Source: Podarcis melisellensis
Lineage: Eukaryota
Direction: 5' to 3' (one strand)
Length of the DNA stretch: 64,000 bases
NCBI GenBank assembly: GCA_964234715.1
Contig: OZ174278.1
Part shown: positions 1 through 12,932 of the stretch, one piece after another
Layout of the letters: the number at the start of each line of letters is the position of its first letter
Numbering within the stretch: the stretch's first letter is position 1
The notes under the pieces: generated by a model
The model's database searches: none
What the model was told of the DNA's origin: nothing
What the model saw: the letters and a program-made list of their open reading frames with translations, nothing else
Made by a program: the position numbers and the translations under genes

Positions 1-1149
1 CTGGTTAGAAATAACAATAAAAAATATTTTGAATATACAGCCCTGTGGTGTGCCACATTTTGATGACATTGTAGTAAACTTTAAAGACATCTAAAGCCTA
101 AGACCTATTTCCTTTGTACTCCATCTCTGAAATCTGCATCTTTTGATGAAACGAACTGGCAGCTTCTAGGCTTTTAACTAACAGGCTGACGCTGCTTTGT
201 CATTCCTGATTCTGGATCCTGTCTCGTGATCAAAAGAAAACAAAAGGAAAATCTGTATCAAAGCTATCATCTTCCAAATACTTGTGTATTTCTTTAATTT
301 ATTGCATGTGAGCTGATCCCAAAAGGAATTGTGCTGGGTACTTAATGTTAAGCATATGCATATACATGTTTATAGGATCATGGCCAAGGAGATATTCATT
401 TCCCCATATCTAGTTTGAATTTGCTGTCAGAAAGTTTGTAGGCCTTTAAAGCAGTGTGCTCTGGGAGCTCTCCAGATCTTAAACATTTTGTGATGTTAAT
501 TACATTTAAAAGCTATTGGTTTTGCAGACAGTTTGGTTCCCTGCCAAGCTGTGTCTCCAGCTGAACCGTCTTGAGTTCTGCTTTATATCACTGCATTGGT
601 ATTGTCAGTCTTCCTGTCCCAAATCACCAAACTCCAGGTGTGTATCTGACTTGTCTGCATTCTGCTCAGGGTTACACAAACTTTTTAAAGGCTTAAGGGC
701 TTCAGTGCAGAGCACAAGGCCTGGTTATACTCATCTATGTGCATCTTGACCCAGGGGGAGACCCTTCAAGATTTTCAATAGCAACCACAAGGAGTTAGCA
801 CTGGAATTTTCATCTGTGGCTGAAATAGTTTATTTTGCAATCTGGCAATTTACAAAATGACACACACATAGAGATGCAGTGGGTCTCCACTAACCCACAG
901 GACTGGTGCTCTGGGAGTTGTTGCTTTCAACATTTGTCTATATTAAAAATATATGCTTCTTTTAAATCATTGCCTACCAGGGCTATATTTGTGCTGGAGT
1001 ACCAACCATCAATTGAAGCTGGCTTCTGTAGCTCCAGTGGGCTCATACAAAACCATAAATGACACATAAATAGTTTGGAGGAATGCTGCACACTTTACAG
1101 CCTTACTGTGTTGTGCATCTATTAGCACAATCATCACAGTGTCACTTCA

Positions 1150-1446
1150 GAGCAGGTCCAGTGCCAAGGGCCTTCTGGCGGTTCCCTCACTGCAAGAAGC
1201 CATGTTACAGGGAACCAGGCAGAGGGCCTTCTCGGTAGTGGCACCCACCCTGTGGAACGCCCTCCCACCAGATGTCAAAGAGAACAATAACCAGACTTTT
1301 AGAAGACATCTGAAGGCAGCCCTGTTTAGGGAAGCTTTTAATGTTTGATGGATTACTGTATTTTAATATTTTTTTGGAAGCTGCCCAGAGTGGCTGGGGA
1401 AGCCCAGCCAGATGGGTGGGGTATAAATAATAAATTATTATTATTA
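1150..1446 (+). mobile_element. 5'-truncated L2-clade LINE 3' end
   Basis: ORF2 C-terminus RAFSVVAPTLWNALP...FRRHLKAALF typical of L2, followed by a 3' UTR and a (TTA)n tail. Confidence 0.8.
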
Positions 1447-3050
1447 ACTCCAAGAACAAACCTATCAGCACAGTGACTCTATCACCAAACCCTAGGATCA
1501 GACTGCTTGGCAGATTTAAATATTTCCTTTACACTACAAAGTTGCAGTGCAATCCTAGAGCATATTTACTCAGAAATAAGTCCCACGCTATTCAGTGTGG
1601 CTTAACCCAGAAAGGTGTGCATAGGACTGCAGTTCATGGGAAAAGTAAAGGAATTAGAAGTTCTGAAATTTACAAATCTGCACAATTCAGGCACAGACTA
1701 CCATTGTTTCTCATTTCTTCTCTTCAGCACCATGTAATTGGGGGCGGCGGCGGGGGGGGGGAGTGTTTCAGTCATATAAAGACTGCAAATAGACAAGTCA
1801 CCAACCTGTAGTTACAAGTCATAGAGCTTGCCTGCATCCTGCTCCTAGAATTATTTATTTGTACATGCATTTTGCCTGAAGGGTCTGAATTGGGAGATTG
1901 TGTTCTCTGTAGTGCCCTGGGATTTCAGTCATTCTGTTTACAGCGACATGAGATTCAGCCACAGCAAAGAAGCATCAGCTCTGTTGCTCTAGTAACAAAG
2001 CGATGGACCCCAAGGTCAGTTACACACATTAAATGGCAACTGTTGTCGCTGTGCAGACCACGTATGTGCCTGTACAGACACTATGAATAACTACAGGTTA
2101 TCTAACTAGCTTCCTCCATGGCTAGATAAATGTACAGTAATTCTTCCAAATACACTGAGTGTGTTAACATTTGGCTTTTAAAAACAAAATCAAGTTTATA
2201 AATAAGTTCCCTTAGACCTTGAAACACAACTCTCCCTGATTAGCACATTTGCTTCAACCAAAGCTGTGAATGTGTTCTTTCATAGCATAAACCTTTTGCT
2301 TAATTTGATTTTTTCCCCTGGAAACAGAGGTTTCAGTAGACCTATTCTATTTGCATTAACCTGCATTAATTAAATAACCTATTTGCATTAATTTTATTTA
2401 ATCCAAAGTACTTGAATGTCCTTGATTGCTACATAGGAAGTTATTACTGGCGTGACTGATGATTCTGTTGCTTTTCAAGGATGAACATTCTGGTTTGGCC
2501 ACAGAGATCCTGTGAACAGGAATTTTCCCATTAAAAACAGAGGCAGCAGCTCCATGCAGACATCCTTTTGGACATGCTAAGAACTGAGCTACAACTTCAG
2601 GCCACTTCCAGATTGTTACTATTTGTGGGTATGATTCAATTAAAAGTGGATTTGGTGCTCTTGTGCAAAACCCCTGATTACAAACCACAAATAACCCCAG
2701 GACAGGAAAATACACCATATTTTGTGCAAACGAATCAGGACAAATGCTCCATAAACAGGTTGTGTGAAAGAAGCCTCAACTGAATTAAATGGGAAGTGTT
2801 CATCATAGAAAGCCCTATGCACACAGAGCATCTGTGAAGTTCTGGATAAGGTGCGTGAGATGAGAAAGTCAATGACTAAACAGGATGCTTTGTTAAATAG
2901 ATAAAATGTATTGCTCTGAAAAAGCAAACTATGAAGTTAGGGGAAAATAACCACTGAAGGTGCTCAGGGATTAGGCCTTGGGTCTGTTTCAAGCAGGGTT
3001 GTGGTTGTTGTTTTTCCATGAGTGACCAGGGGAAAGGAAGTAGAAGTGAG

Positions 3051-3150
3051 CTGATGAAATTTGCAGATAACACCAAGTTTGCCGGCATTGTTAATACAGA
3101 TACAGATTTGGAAGTTATGTAGGAGGAATGGGATGATCTCATGAACTGGA
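3051..3150 (+). mobile_element. Degenerate CR1 LINE reverse-transcriptase fragment
   Basis: Translates LMKFADNTKFAGIVNT..., like the CR1 KFADDTKL motif; has an in-frame stop. Confidence 0.65.
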
Positions 3151-3661
3151 GTAAAAGAAATTTGATAGTACGACACATATGTTATACATCTGGAGACCAA
3201 TACTAAATTTTGTGTATGTGTGTCAGAGACTTACCAGCTGAAAACCACGAGAATAAGAAGTTATATTGGACTATGAGAAGTGTGTTTGTGTTTTTAAATT
3301 GTTAAATTGAAATTCTTCATCAGTGTTGGCTCTGTAGACAAGAAGCTCTCAGTGGTCCCTCTTGCCTGATTACACATACTTCCTGGCTGCTGGTCCAGCA
3401 TCAGAGGTCAGCATAGTTGGGCACTTGCCAAGGGCTGGGGGCTTAGAAGGAGCCATTAACAACCCAAGTAGTGCTGATCATTAAGGATCAATGTTCAGTG
3501 CTGGGTGCCCCTGCTAGGGCTCTGAGCAGCACTACTGCTGCTTGCTGCATCCAGCCTCATCCCTTATCTTACTTTCCAGCCCAGAGAGGCAGCAGCATGG
3601 GATTCAAGCTTCCCCTTGGCTCTGATTCATGGCAGCCACCCATCATTAGATTATCCTAAAT

Positions 3662-3780
3662 GAGGTCAATTGGTTAGAGGATGATGCTGGTAATGCCAAG
3701 GTTGCAGGTTCAATCCCTGTATGGGACAGCTGTATATTCCTGCATTGCAGGGTCCCTTCCAACTCTATAATTCTATGATA
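3662..3780 (+). mobile_element. Short tRNA-derived SINE with CR1-like tail
   Basis: A-box-like tcaattggttagag, B-box-like ggttcaatccc, and a CR1-type tail ggtcccttccaactctataattctatgat. Confidence 0.65.
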
Positions 3781-4094
3781 CCATCAATGTTGAGTTGGGT
3801 AATCTACATGGTGGGCAGCCACTGCAAATGAGAGCCAAACACTGACTTGACTTTAATTCAGAAGTGCCAGCAGCAACAGAACATAGCAGCTGCCTCCCCA
3901 GCAAACATGTCCAGGGTAAGCAGAATGACTGGAGGAATTGGTGGTGACATCACACAGCAGCACCATGCAGGAATCCAAGCTGGTGCTGGGTGAGGACCTA
4001 TCAGCCGCACCTTACCAAGGACCGACAGAAGTCTGGCACCAGCCCTGCTTGCTGCTCCTATTCCCTTGCCTCTCCTCTCTGCTTAATGTGGTGT

Positions 4095-4330
4095 CAGTGT
4101 GGTGTAGTGGTTAAGAGCGATAGACTCGTAATCTGGTGAACTGGGTTCGCGTCTCCGCTCCTCCACATGCAGCTGCTGGGTGACCTTGGGCCAGTCACAC
4201 TTCTCTGAAGTCTCTCAGCCCCACTCACCTCACAGAGTGTTTGTTGTGGGGAAGGAAGGGAAAGGAGAACGTTAGCCGCTTTGAGACTCCTTCGGATAGT
4301 GATAAAGCGGGATATCAAATCCAAACTCTT
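4095..4330 (+). mobile_element. Full-length squamate tRNA/CORE SINE (Squam3-like)
   Basis: Head cagtgtggtgtagtggttaagagc, B-box-like gggttcgcgtc, CORE gggtgaccttgggccagtcac, tail gatatcaaatccaaactcttctt. Possible TSD cttaat(g/a)tg at 4082-4090 and 4331-4339. Confidence 0.85.
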
Positions 4331-6884
4331 CTTAATATGCACCATCTCCCAGACGAAGAAGGCAAGGCATGTGGTGCTTACTGCTCCTTCTCCCAACTCA
4401 CTTGCTCAGCAAGGGCAGCTGAACCGGCAGCAACAGCAAGTAGTAGTACGAGGGGGTCTAGGAGGCTCTAGAAATTAGTAGTCAGTTTCTTACTGGGGTA
4501 TAGGCCTTGGCAGTTGCCTGACATTGTCAAAGTCTGGCACCATCCTTGTGCTGCATGAAGGTAGTCCAGAGTCTGCCTCAAAAAAAAGCTGAACATTGAA
4601 AAGAGGCTCAAGCATCTCCATGGGAATGTGGAGGCCCTGCAAGGATGCAAAAGCAAAGAGCTCTTATGCTGCTCCCTCTGCTTCCCCTCCCTGTTTGCCA
4701 TCCCATTCCAGGATTCAAGAGAGAGATGCACCACCAGTTTGTAGAGCAGGAAATAGAGTCATCGGGCATTATTCAGCACTGGTTCTGCTGTAAATTTCTG
4801 TAACTCCCTGATGAAAAAAATAATTTGGTCTGTATGTCTTGGGGGAGCAGGGGTAAGAGAAGTGCAATTAAGTTCATTTGTGCAAGAAAGCCCCGTGTGT
4901 ATTGCCAGCATGGCCTTTTCAGCTGTTTATATATGATGAAATCTCTGAATATTCTCCAGACCTGGTATGTGTTCATTCAGCATACCTGGAAAGTTGTGCG
5001 TAATGTCATTTTGCTGACACAATGCCTGTTTAGAAGCCCATAAATGATACGTAAACCTTGTTCTCTAAACCAGCAAAATGGCTGTCTGAGTGCTCAAATT
5101 GTGGTGAAGGCAGTAGCAACAAGCAACAGGAGATGTTGCCTGGCACCAACACCCCACATATTCAGTGGTGTGTCAAAGTGTACTTGTCAGCCAGCAGGAA
5201 ACTGGCTATTGAATGCACTTTCATTACAGAATTACATCCAGCTCAGAGAAAGAACTAAAGAGAACCTGCAGGCTCCATATATTGCTCTAATACATCTCCC
5301 ACCATCAGACTTTGCTGGCTGAGGCTGATGGGAGTTGTAGTTCAACATCTTCAGGGCCATTGGTTGTCCATCCCTGCCTTAAAGCCTGGCTTATATGAAG
5401 TGGAATCAGGTAATATAGCGTACTGCACCACTTCAACTGAGAGAACCATTTTGTAAGGTCCCCTTACCTTAAAAAGAAAAAAGAAAAAAGCAAGCAACAA
5501 CAGCAACTAGTTACTCAAGTAAAAACCTAGCATGATAAGGAGGAACAATGCAACCTAGGCCATTCCCTGTTGTGCTAGTTTTCTTCTTAAAGGAAGAAGT
5601 TTTGAACAATGTGATTCCACCACCTGCTCTCTGAAATAGTACAATACCATCTCTCGATTTTGCCACCCAATTCCCACCTCATTCTGTTTAAAGTGTACAG
5701 CCCACTTAGACAGGGCTTGTAAAGAGTTCCTACATCAAGTAGCAGGATCTACTCCAAGCAGTGTTTCAGTCATCCACTTGCCCTCCATTTGTTTTTCTTG
5801 ATATGTTATGAAACTGAAGCATGCTTGTAAATTAACTGGGGAAACTACAGCAGCATAATGTGTTAATGGTTGAGAGGATTCATTTGGAAATAAAAACACT
5901 GCTTTAGGTAAATGTGGTGTACTGTTACTTTACATCTCACACCATTTAAATTCCTGTTTAGGGTGGGCCCAAAACATTTTGCTGCCTGAGGCAAAGTGGA
6001 AATTAACCAAAGGCAAACCAAGTGATTTTGGTACCTGTTCCTGAGGCAGAAAATTGCACAAGTAGCTTTCCTTCTCCTCATCAGAAATAACCTCTCTTTC
6101 AAATCCTTTGACTCTCAGTTCATTAAAATGTTGGGCTTCAGTAAATTGCTTTAAGGCAATTCAATACAATACAACTGTAAAAACCAAAAGAATGGTTGAC
6201 AAACCAGACGATTTGAATATAAAAGATTACCGTCTTGAATCAAGGACCCAGTCTAGATGGATAAGGAGTAGAGCAGGTCCTACTTACTTCCCCAGGAACT
6301 CAGATCATTCAAAGGTCATTGTGTATCTTGAGGGGAAATTCTGCTCACTTCTCCATACCAGAGATAACAATCCTGCTAATTGTGTACATTGTGGTCACTT
6401 ACCCAGGACCCAAGTTTGCCAGGGGTTTTTCCTTTGTTTCTCTTTTCATCTCACTTCAGCGTCTTGATCATCTCTTGAATGTGTAAACAAATCAGAGGCT
6501 TGAGTCAGTTAAGCACTTATTAACTAAAAATGATTGTTCATGTAAACAAATCTTGGGTGGCTACTGAACTCATCTATGCTGTTCTATATCCATGCCCTTC
6601 CATGGACAGAAGCTGATCCAGACAGGCTGTTGAACCTCATTTCAATACTGGTGATGAGACAGTGTCCTTCACTGCAGGCTGGCTTAAGAAGTTCAGGGCA
6701 AGCTGTGTGGCACAGAGCTCTATTCTTCAACTTCTCACAGCCACTCCCAATTCTTCAGCGTCTGCTGCCTGAGGCAGCTGTCTCACTTTGCCCAATAGTA
6801 GGGCTGCCCCTACTCAGTAGCAGCAATAGTAGTATGGTACAGATCCACCAGCAGAGCATACAGGTTGAGTTATAGCACTCTTTA

Positions 6885-6885
<1 letters not shown>

Positions 6886-6929
<44 letters not shown>
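6886..6929. repeat. (AAC)14 microsatellite
   Basis: Perfect AAC array; source of the poly-Cys artefact ORF 6755..6970. Confidence 0.97.
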
Positions 6930-9245
6930 GTATTGCATGGTGAAGCCACTTTATAACTAGACTTATTCATTTGGTGTTTGGAATACTTTCATGCGTTATG
7001 GATATCACACTGGTACACTTCCCAGACGAACTGGATGTGGCAACTGTGAGTAAGACACAAGCGTATTGCATGCTGGAATATTTCCTCCATCCATCATGCC
7101 AAAAACCTCTTGGAAAGGTTAACGTGAGGTGAGCTGCTGCATAACAGATGTGTGGAAAATGTGATAGTTCAATCCTCAAACCAGCACAGGAAGTAGTAAG
7201 TAGGGATTTTCTGTACCTGCACATATTTTTTTGTACCTCAGTAGCTGATCATTAATAGGAAAGAATAGCTGCTGCAGGGGCAGCAAAGATAGTAAGATCA
7301 TATGCATCTATGTCAACCTCTTCCAACAGCAATCTCTTTACCATCGATTCTATTTACAATCAAGAAGTATATAAATTATGTGAAATAAAAACTAAGAATA
7401 TGTATCTAATAATAGAAATAACATTTTTATACAACATCCATTTTGGCCTGCTGGCTCTATGTTCTCCCTAATGTATTATATTCGGGTAAAAGGAATGCCC
7501 CATGGCAAACAAGCCTGTTAGGCAAAAGACTGTGGATCAAGATTTTTGGTTTGCCCCTGTTTCTCTGATAAACTGCTATTGTCACAAAAAAACACACACA
7601 AAAAAACTACATGGGTGATGCTTAGAGAAAACAGAAGTTAATCCGATTTAATACTTTTTTTCCCTAAGGAGAAATGCATGCAATCTCCAGTAGTCTTAAA
7701 TCATCAGGGATTACTTTAGGCTCCAAAGAGCAATGAAATGCTGTCCCAGCTTTTTAATAAGAAAGATTTTATGGTTTTTATAAAAATCTAATCAGATTGC
7801 ATCTGCTGGAGTTTGGATGTTTAGTTTGGTGTAGACCAGGGATAGAGAACCTGTGGCCTTCCAGATATTATTGGACTCCAACTCCCATCATCCCTGACCA
7901 TTGATTTTTCTGGCTGAGGCTGATGGGAAGTTGGAGGGCAACAGTAGACTGATCTTGTTGTGGAGGTGGGGGAATGATTAACAAAATCAATCCTCCGGCA
8001 AACTGGGAATATCCCCTCACCCAAGTTTAGGATATTCCACCATTCTTCAGCAGAGTTTATTTTCCTTTGAGAAAAATAAGTGGCTCACATATATGTAAAG
8101 TAAGCTTTAATACTGTAACAAAATAACATAATGAGAGAAATGAAATACGGCAACATGAGGCAAATCTGAGGCAAGAGGCAAGAAGAGGCAGTTGGTCCCT
8201 CTTAACTGATAATCTTAATGGAACACACATTGAAGTGAGGGGCTGATTCTGGAGCAAAACACACAAGCCCTGCCCACCAGATACCAAGCACTCTACTATT
8301 CAAATTAGCACCCGTGTTTTTCTTACAGATATACCTCAGGAATTTCGTCTAGAGACCCACATGCAGAAATCTGCTTCTATGCATGTATGGCTCTAACTGA
8401 AACAATAGATTTAGTGGGCTTAAATGTGCTTCACAATTGTGGCCAAAAGGTATAAATAAATGGCAGGATCGCCAGGAAATCTATAAATACATTGTGCTTT
8501 TCACGTATTGTGTCACCAGTTGAACATCACTAGGAGAAAATGTTCTGTCTCAAGCTGTAACTATCTCTGATGATGCCTGAGAGGAAAGAAAGGGGAAAGT
8601 GGTTCCATCTTGAAAGATTACAGGAAACCAGAGATGAGTGTAAGAGATTGAACAGCTCTGTTGCTAGGTTATGGATTGTTTTCTTACGACAACAGTGAAC
8701 TTGAATACTAATACTGTGCATTAATATAGCAGCTTGGCTCATTCTGAACAAATATATGTAATATTGAACTGTGGAATATTCTAACATTTCACGGAATCTA
8801 TTCTAGGACAATTCAACAAACATGCACATATAATTCCTGTAATTGTGTCAAAGAAGTTCCATACCCTCTTTGTACACAGTCAGCAATGGGAACATTATAA
8901 GATGTTTAAGAGCAGTTTCTGTTCAGTTTAATTTCCTCTGAGAAGCAGTTTTGGAGACTGTAAATAGATTTACTAAGGTTGAGCTTCACCTGTCTCCTCA
9001 CCATATTCAGGCATGGACATTACATGAACCATATATAGGCCATTTCAAATGCTGATTGAAATTGCTAGGAAGCTGCACATTGGCAACTGGGGATTTGGTC
9101 AGGGTAGTGGTGCACCTTGAGGTCTCAAAAATTAGTGGCATCCTGCATGATGCCAAAAATTGCCCCCCCTCACACTCCATTCTAAATCATAGTTGTGGCA
9201 TCCCCTGCATCGCCCCCCAGGCTCCCAGCGTGACCAAGCCAGTTA

Positions 9246-9611
9246 AAGGTAAAGGTAAAGGTACCCCTGCCCGTACGGGCCAGTCTTGCCAGACTCTGGG
9301 GTTGTGCGCCCATCTCACTTAAGAGGCCAGGGGCCAGCGCTGTCCGGAGACACTTCCGGGTCACGTGGCCAGCGTGACAAAGCTGCATCTGGCTCGCCAG
9401 AGCTGCACACGGAAACGCCGTTTACCTTCCCGCTGGTAAACGGTCCCTATTTATCTACTTGCACCCGGAGGTGCTTTCGAACTGCTAGGTTGGCAGGCGC
9501 TGGGACCGAGCAGCGGGAGCGCACCCCTCCGCAGGGATTCGAACCGCCGACCTTTCGATCGGCAAGTCCTAGGCACTGAGGCTTTAACCCACAGCGCCAC
9601 CTGCGTCCCTT
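9246..9611 (-). mobile_element. Full-length Sauria SINE
   Basis: Minus strand begins gggacgcaggtggcgctgtgggttaaa and ends in an (ACCTTT)n tail. Perfect 13-bp TSD accaagccagtta at 9233-9245 and 9612-9624. Confidence 0.92.
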
Positions 9612-10162
9612 ACCAAGCCAGTTACGCTCCCCCAAACCCATCTCTGGTCAGGGCTTGTTTTTCAAAAATTGTAAGAATTAGAAACTTGGAGATCCCAGTA
9701 GATTTTATTTTATATATTTTTAATCTCGTATTGCGAACTGCTTTGAAAGGATGGTGGTTCTGAAAAGCAACATAAGAATCACTTAAATAATACAAATAAA
9801 CAGCCTAAGGGAGTTATTCATTATGCAACCCACTGATGAACTCGCTATAATGAATAGACAGTTGTAACTGAAACTTTCTACACACTTAGGGCATGTGTAC
9901 GTTAGTGGCTTTAAAAGCAGTGAGATAATCCATCCCTTGCATTTCAAGTCCAGAGTTTTACATTGATATATTGTATGCAATATTACCTGATTTGTTTCTC
10001 CCCACCTGCAATGTCCCCATCAAAAAACTCCTATTCAATGGAGCTGTCATGTAGGCGTGTGCCACACCTCAGCTGAACCACAGTTTACATTTTCAAATCA
10101 GTTGGGACCTAGTTTGAGGGGAAGTGCATCAGACAAGAGTGTTTCTTAAGAAACTACAAGGT

Positions 10163-10298
10163 CAGGCATAGGCAAACTCGGCCCTCCAGATGTTTTGGGA
10201 CTACAACTCCCATCATCCCTGGTTAACAGGACCAGTGGTCAGGGATGATGGGAATTGTAGTCCCAAAACAGCTGGAGGGCCGAGTTTCCCTATGCCTG
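10163..10298. mobile_element. hAT-type MITE (near-complete fold-back)
   Basis: CAGG...CCTG ends with long inverted arms; 8-bp TSD tacaaggt/tacaagat (7 of 8). Decayed relatives lie near 5285-5375, 7837-7940 and 36650-36770. Confidence 0.85.
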
Positions 10299-10755
10299 TA
10301 CAAGATACTGATATACTTGTGCTGTAGCAATATCAAACACCAGCAGTGGGATCACACTGGAGCTGGAGTAAGCGGTAAGGTGTACGCAGCCTTACTTCTG
10401 AGTAGACCTGGATATAGGATTGTATTGTTGCAGTGTCAGTGCCATCGGCAGGCACAAGTTCTCCCTCAGTGCAGTGGTGGCATGGGATTGTATTTTTTAT
10501 TTTTTAATTCTAAATGTCTATTGACATATTAGCAGAATTTCAGTGTTTACTTTTGTAAAACTGAATAAAGCCGTTTTTAAAAGCCATAGGCAGGAAAGTT
10601 AAAAATTTAAATCAGCATGCATATTACTGTATCGTTTGTAATATTTTGGCAGCACTGTCCAAGATGCTGGGACACACGATGGACATGGAGACAACTGGGG
10701 GAGGGTACAAAATTTTCACCCTTCCCACTCAGCTGAACTAGATGGGCTTTATTAT

Positions 10756-11117
10756 TATGATGTTGTTGTTGTTGTTTAGTCGTGTCCGACTCTTTGTGAC
10801 CCCATGGACAAGAGCACGCCAGGCACTTCTGTCTTCTACTGCCTCCCGCAGTTTGGTCAATCTCATGCTGGTAGCTTCGAGAACACTATCCAGCCATCTC
10901 GTCCTCTGTCGTCCCCTTCTCCTTGTGCCCTCAATCTTTCCCAACATCAGGGTCTTTTCCAGGGAGTCTTCTCTTCTCATGAGGTGGCCAAAGTATTGGA
11001 GCCTCAGCTTCACGATCTGTCCTTCCAGTGAGCACTCAGGGCTGATTTCCTTAAGAATGGAGAGGTTTGATCTTCTTGCAGTCCATGGGACTCTCAAGAG
11101 TCTCCTCTAGCACCACA
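10756..11117 (-). mobile_element. 5'-truncated RTE-BovB LINE 3' end
   Basis: ORF RVPWTARRSN...LQYFGHLMRREDSLEKTLMLGKIEG...HGVTKSRTRL, (CAA)n tail, and a 12-bp TSD gggctttattat at 10744-10755 and 11118-11129. Confidence 0.92.
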
Positions 11118-11687
11118 GGGCTTTATTATACACAGCTGAAAATCCAACACAAGTTAAAATGGCGGGGGTGGAATGCAGCATTTGTATACATGTAGGCCAG
11201 AATGTGTACAACACATTCCTATATCAGCAGACTGCAGCAGCAAACTAACTTCTACGTATATAAATATAGCTTTAAAGACAGCATTTCCTGCTGTGCCAGC
11301 ATGTTGCTATGTAAAACACTCAGGGATGGCCTCCAGCACAGTGGCCTGTTCTAAATATTTTCTTTCACTTCAGGGAAGCTTTTCAAAACCTTCAGAGCTG
11401 CTTCAGCATCTGATTGATGCTCCAAGCAAATTTCTTCAGCCCAGTTGTTGTTTCTGCTCGGTACCCATGTGCTGCTTCAAGCATGATAGGTGGGGCACAT
11501 TCAGTAAATAGAAGGGGAATTCTTGTTAAGGGTACCTGCTTCCTTGGGGCAGGGGAGAAAGGAAATTCCTTTAGGGATTGTTTCATATGGAAATGAAGGG
11601 AGTGAAACATATTTTCATGTGTGTCAAGTCCCATTTTTGTAACTTGACTTCCTGCTTTACAGTCTTTAGAGCTTGTTAAAAGAGTAC

Positions 11688-11778
11688 TAAACTGCGGGAG
11701 GCAGTGGAAGACAGAAGTGCCTGGCGTGCTCTGGTCCATGGGGTCACGAAGAGTCGGACACGACTAAACGACAACAAA
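11688..11778 (+). mobile_element. Very short RTE-BovB 3' fragment
   Basis: aaactgcgggaggcagtggaagacag...cacgactaaacgacaac matches the extreme 3' end of the neighbouring BovB copies. Confidence 0.85.
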
Positions 11779-12040
11779 ATCTGACCTTCCCAAATGTGTG
11801 GATTCTTCAAATCATGGCAAGCCATCTAGTCAGATGCAGAAAGATCCAATGAACACAAAAGGGGACTTACTCTCAGACAAGTGTGCACAGGACATTAGCT
11901 ATAGCTGACCAGTTAGGAGAATTTACACAGAACATTTTACAATTCTTACACTATGGAAAAACCATTAGTTTTGTGCACCTTTTAAAGGATTTTATTTCCT
12001 AACAATATGTTTTGAAATTGTCAAGCAATTGCAAGTAGTT

Positions 12041-12360
12041 AAGAAGATCAAACCTCTCCATTCTTAAGGAAATTAGCCCCGAGTGCTCACTGGAAGGACA
12101 GATCGTGAAGCTGAGGCTCCAATACTTTGGCCACCTCATGAGAAGAGAAGACTCCCTGGAAAAGACCCTGATGTTGGGAAAGATTGAAGGCACAAGGAGA
12201 AGGGGACAACAGAGGATGAGATGGTTGGACAGTGTTCTTGAAGCTACAAACATGAGTCTGACCAAACTGCAGGAGGCAGTGGAAGACAGGAGTGCCTGGC
12301 GTGCTCTTGTCCAGGGGGTCACGAAGAGTCAGACACGACTAAACGACTAAACAACAACAA
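12041..12360 (+). mobile_element. 5'-truncated RTE-BovB LINE 3' end
   Basis: Same ORF C-terminus (LQYFGHLMRREDSLEKTLMLGKIEG), (CAA)n tail, and an 8-bp TSD caagtagt at 12032-12039 and 12361-12368. Confidence 0.92.
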
Positions 12361-12384
12361 CAAGTAGTATTAATTGCAACTGCA

Positions 12385-12932
12385 TGTAAGCTAACAGGAG
12401 CCAGCCAGCAGTAAATCACACTGAGCAAGTTGGCGTTAACTCTTTATTAGCAAAAACAGGATCTGCACAGGAGTATTCGGCCTAATGAGAACAGCAACTC
12501 TTCTCCAGCAGGTCTGGCCTCCATGAAGCAGTTGAGACTGAAGGTCCCCTCTTCTCCAGGGTTTCCCCCAAGCAATCTGAGACTGTGCCTGCATGAAGCT
12601 AACTTCTCCTCTGTCCTCTTCATGCCTCTCCTGGTTTTGGGTGACTGAGGGGGGAGGGGAGCTCATCAGAGCAGCAGGAGCCTGTGCCTCTTCAGCAGCA
12701 GAACTTACCTCTGCCTCTTGGCATCCCTCTTCTGCTTCAGCTTCTGCCTTTGATTCTGGATTTGTCTGCCACAGATTCCCACTGCTCACTAAACCCTGTT
12801 AGGTTTTCAGCTTCTGAAATGTCCTCCCAATTTTCTCCCTCTGACAACTCATCATTGTCCCACCACCAATCTGAGCCTTATTCCTTGGGGGTCCCCAGCT
12901 ATCATTCCTCTGTATCAAACCAGTCTGTGACA
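12385..12932 (-). mobile_element. Probable solo LTR (Gypsy/ERV-like)
   Basis: About 550 bp with TGT...ACA termini, a purine-rich body on the - strand and AATAAA about 55 nt from the 3' end. No clean TSD found. Confidence 0.5.

Noticed and set aside
6755-6970. Poly-Cys ORF, and the HTHT/VCVC ORFs at 13751-14015 and 58597-58881
   Set aside because: They are translations of microsatellites.
12436-12789. Acidic 117-aa ORF (AEAEAEEG...)
   Set aside because: It lies within the purine-rich LTR-like repeat and has no domain or splice support.
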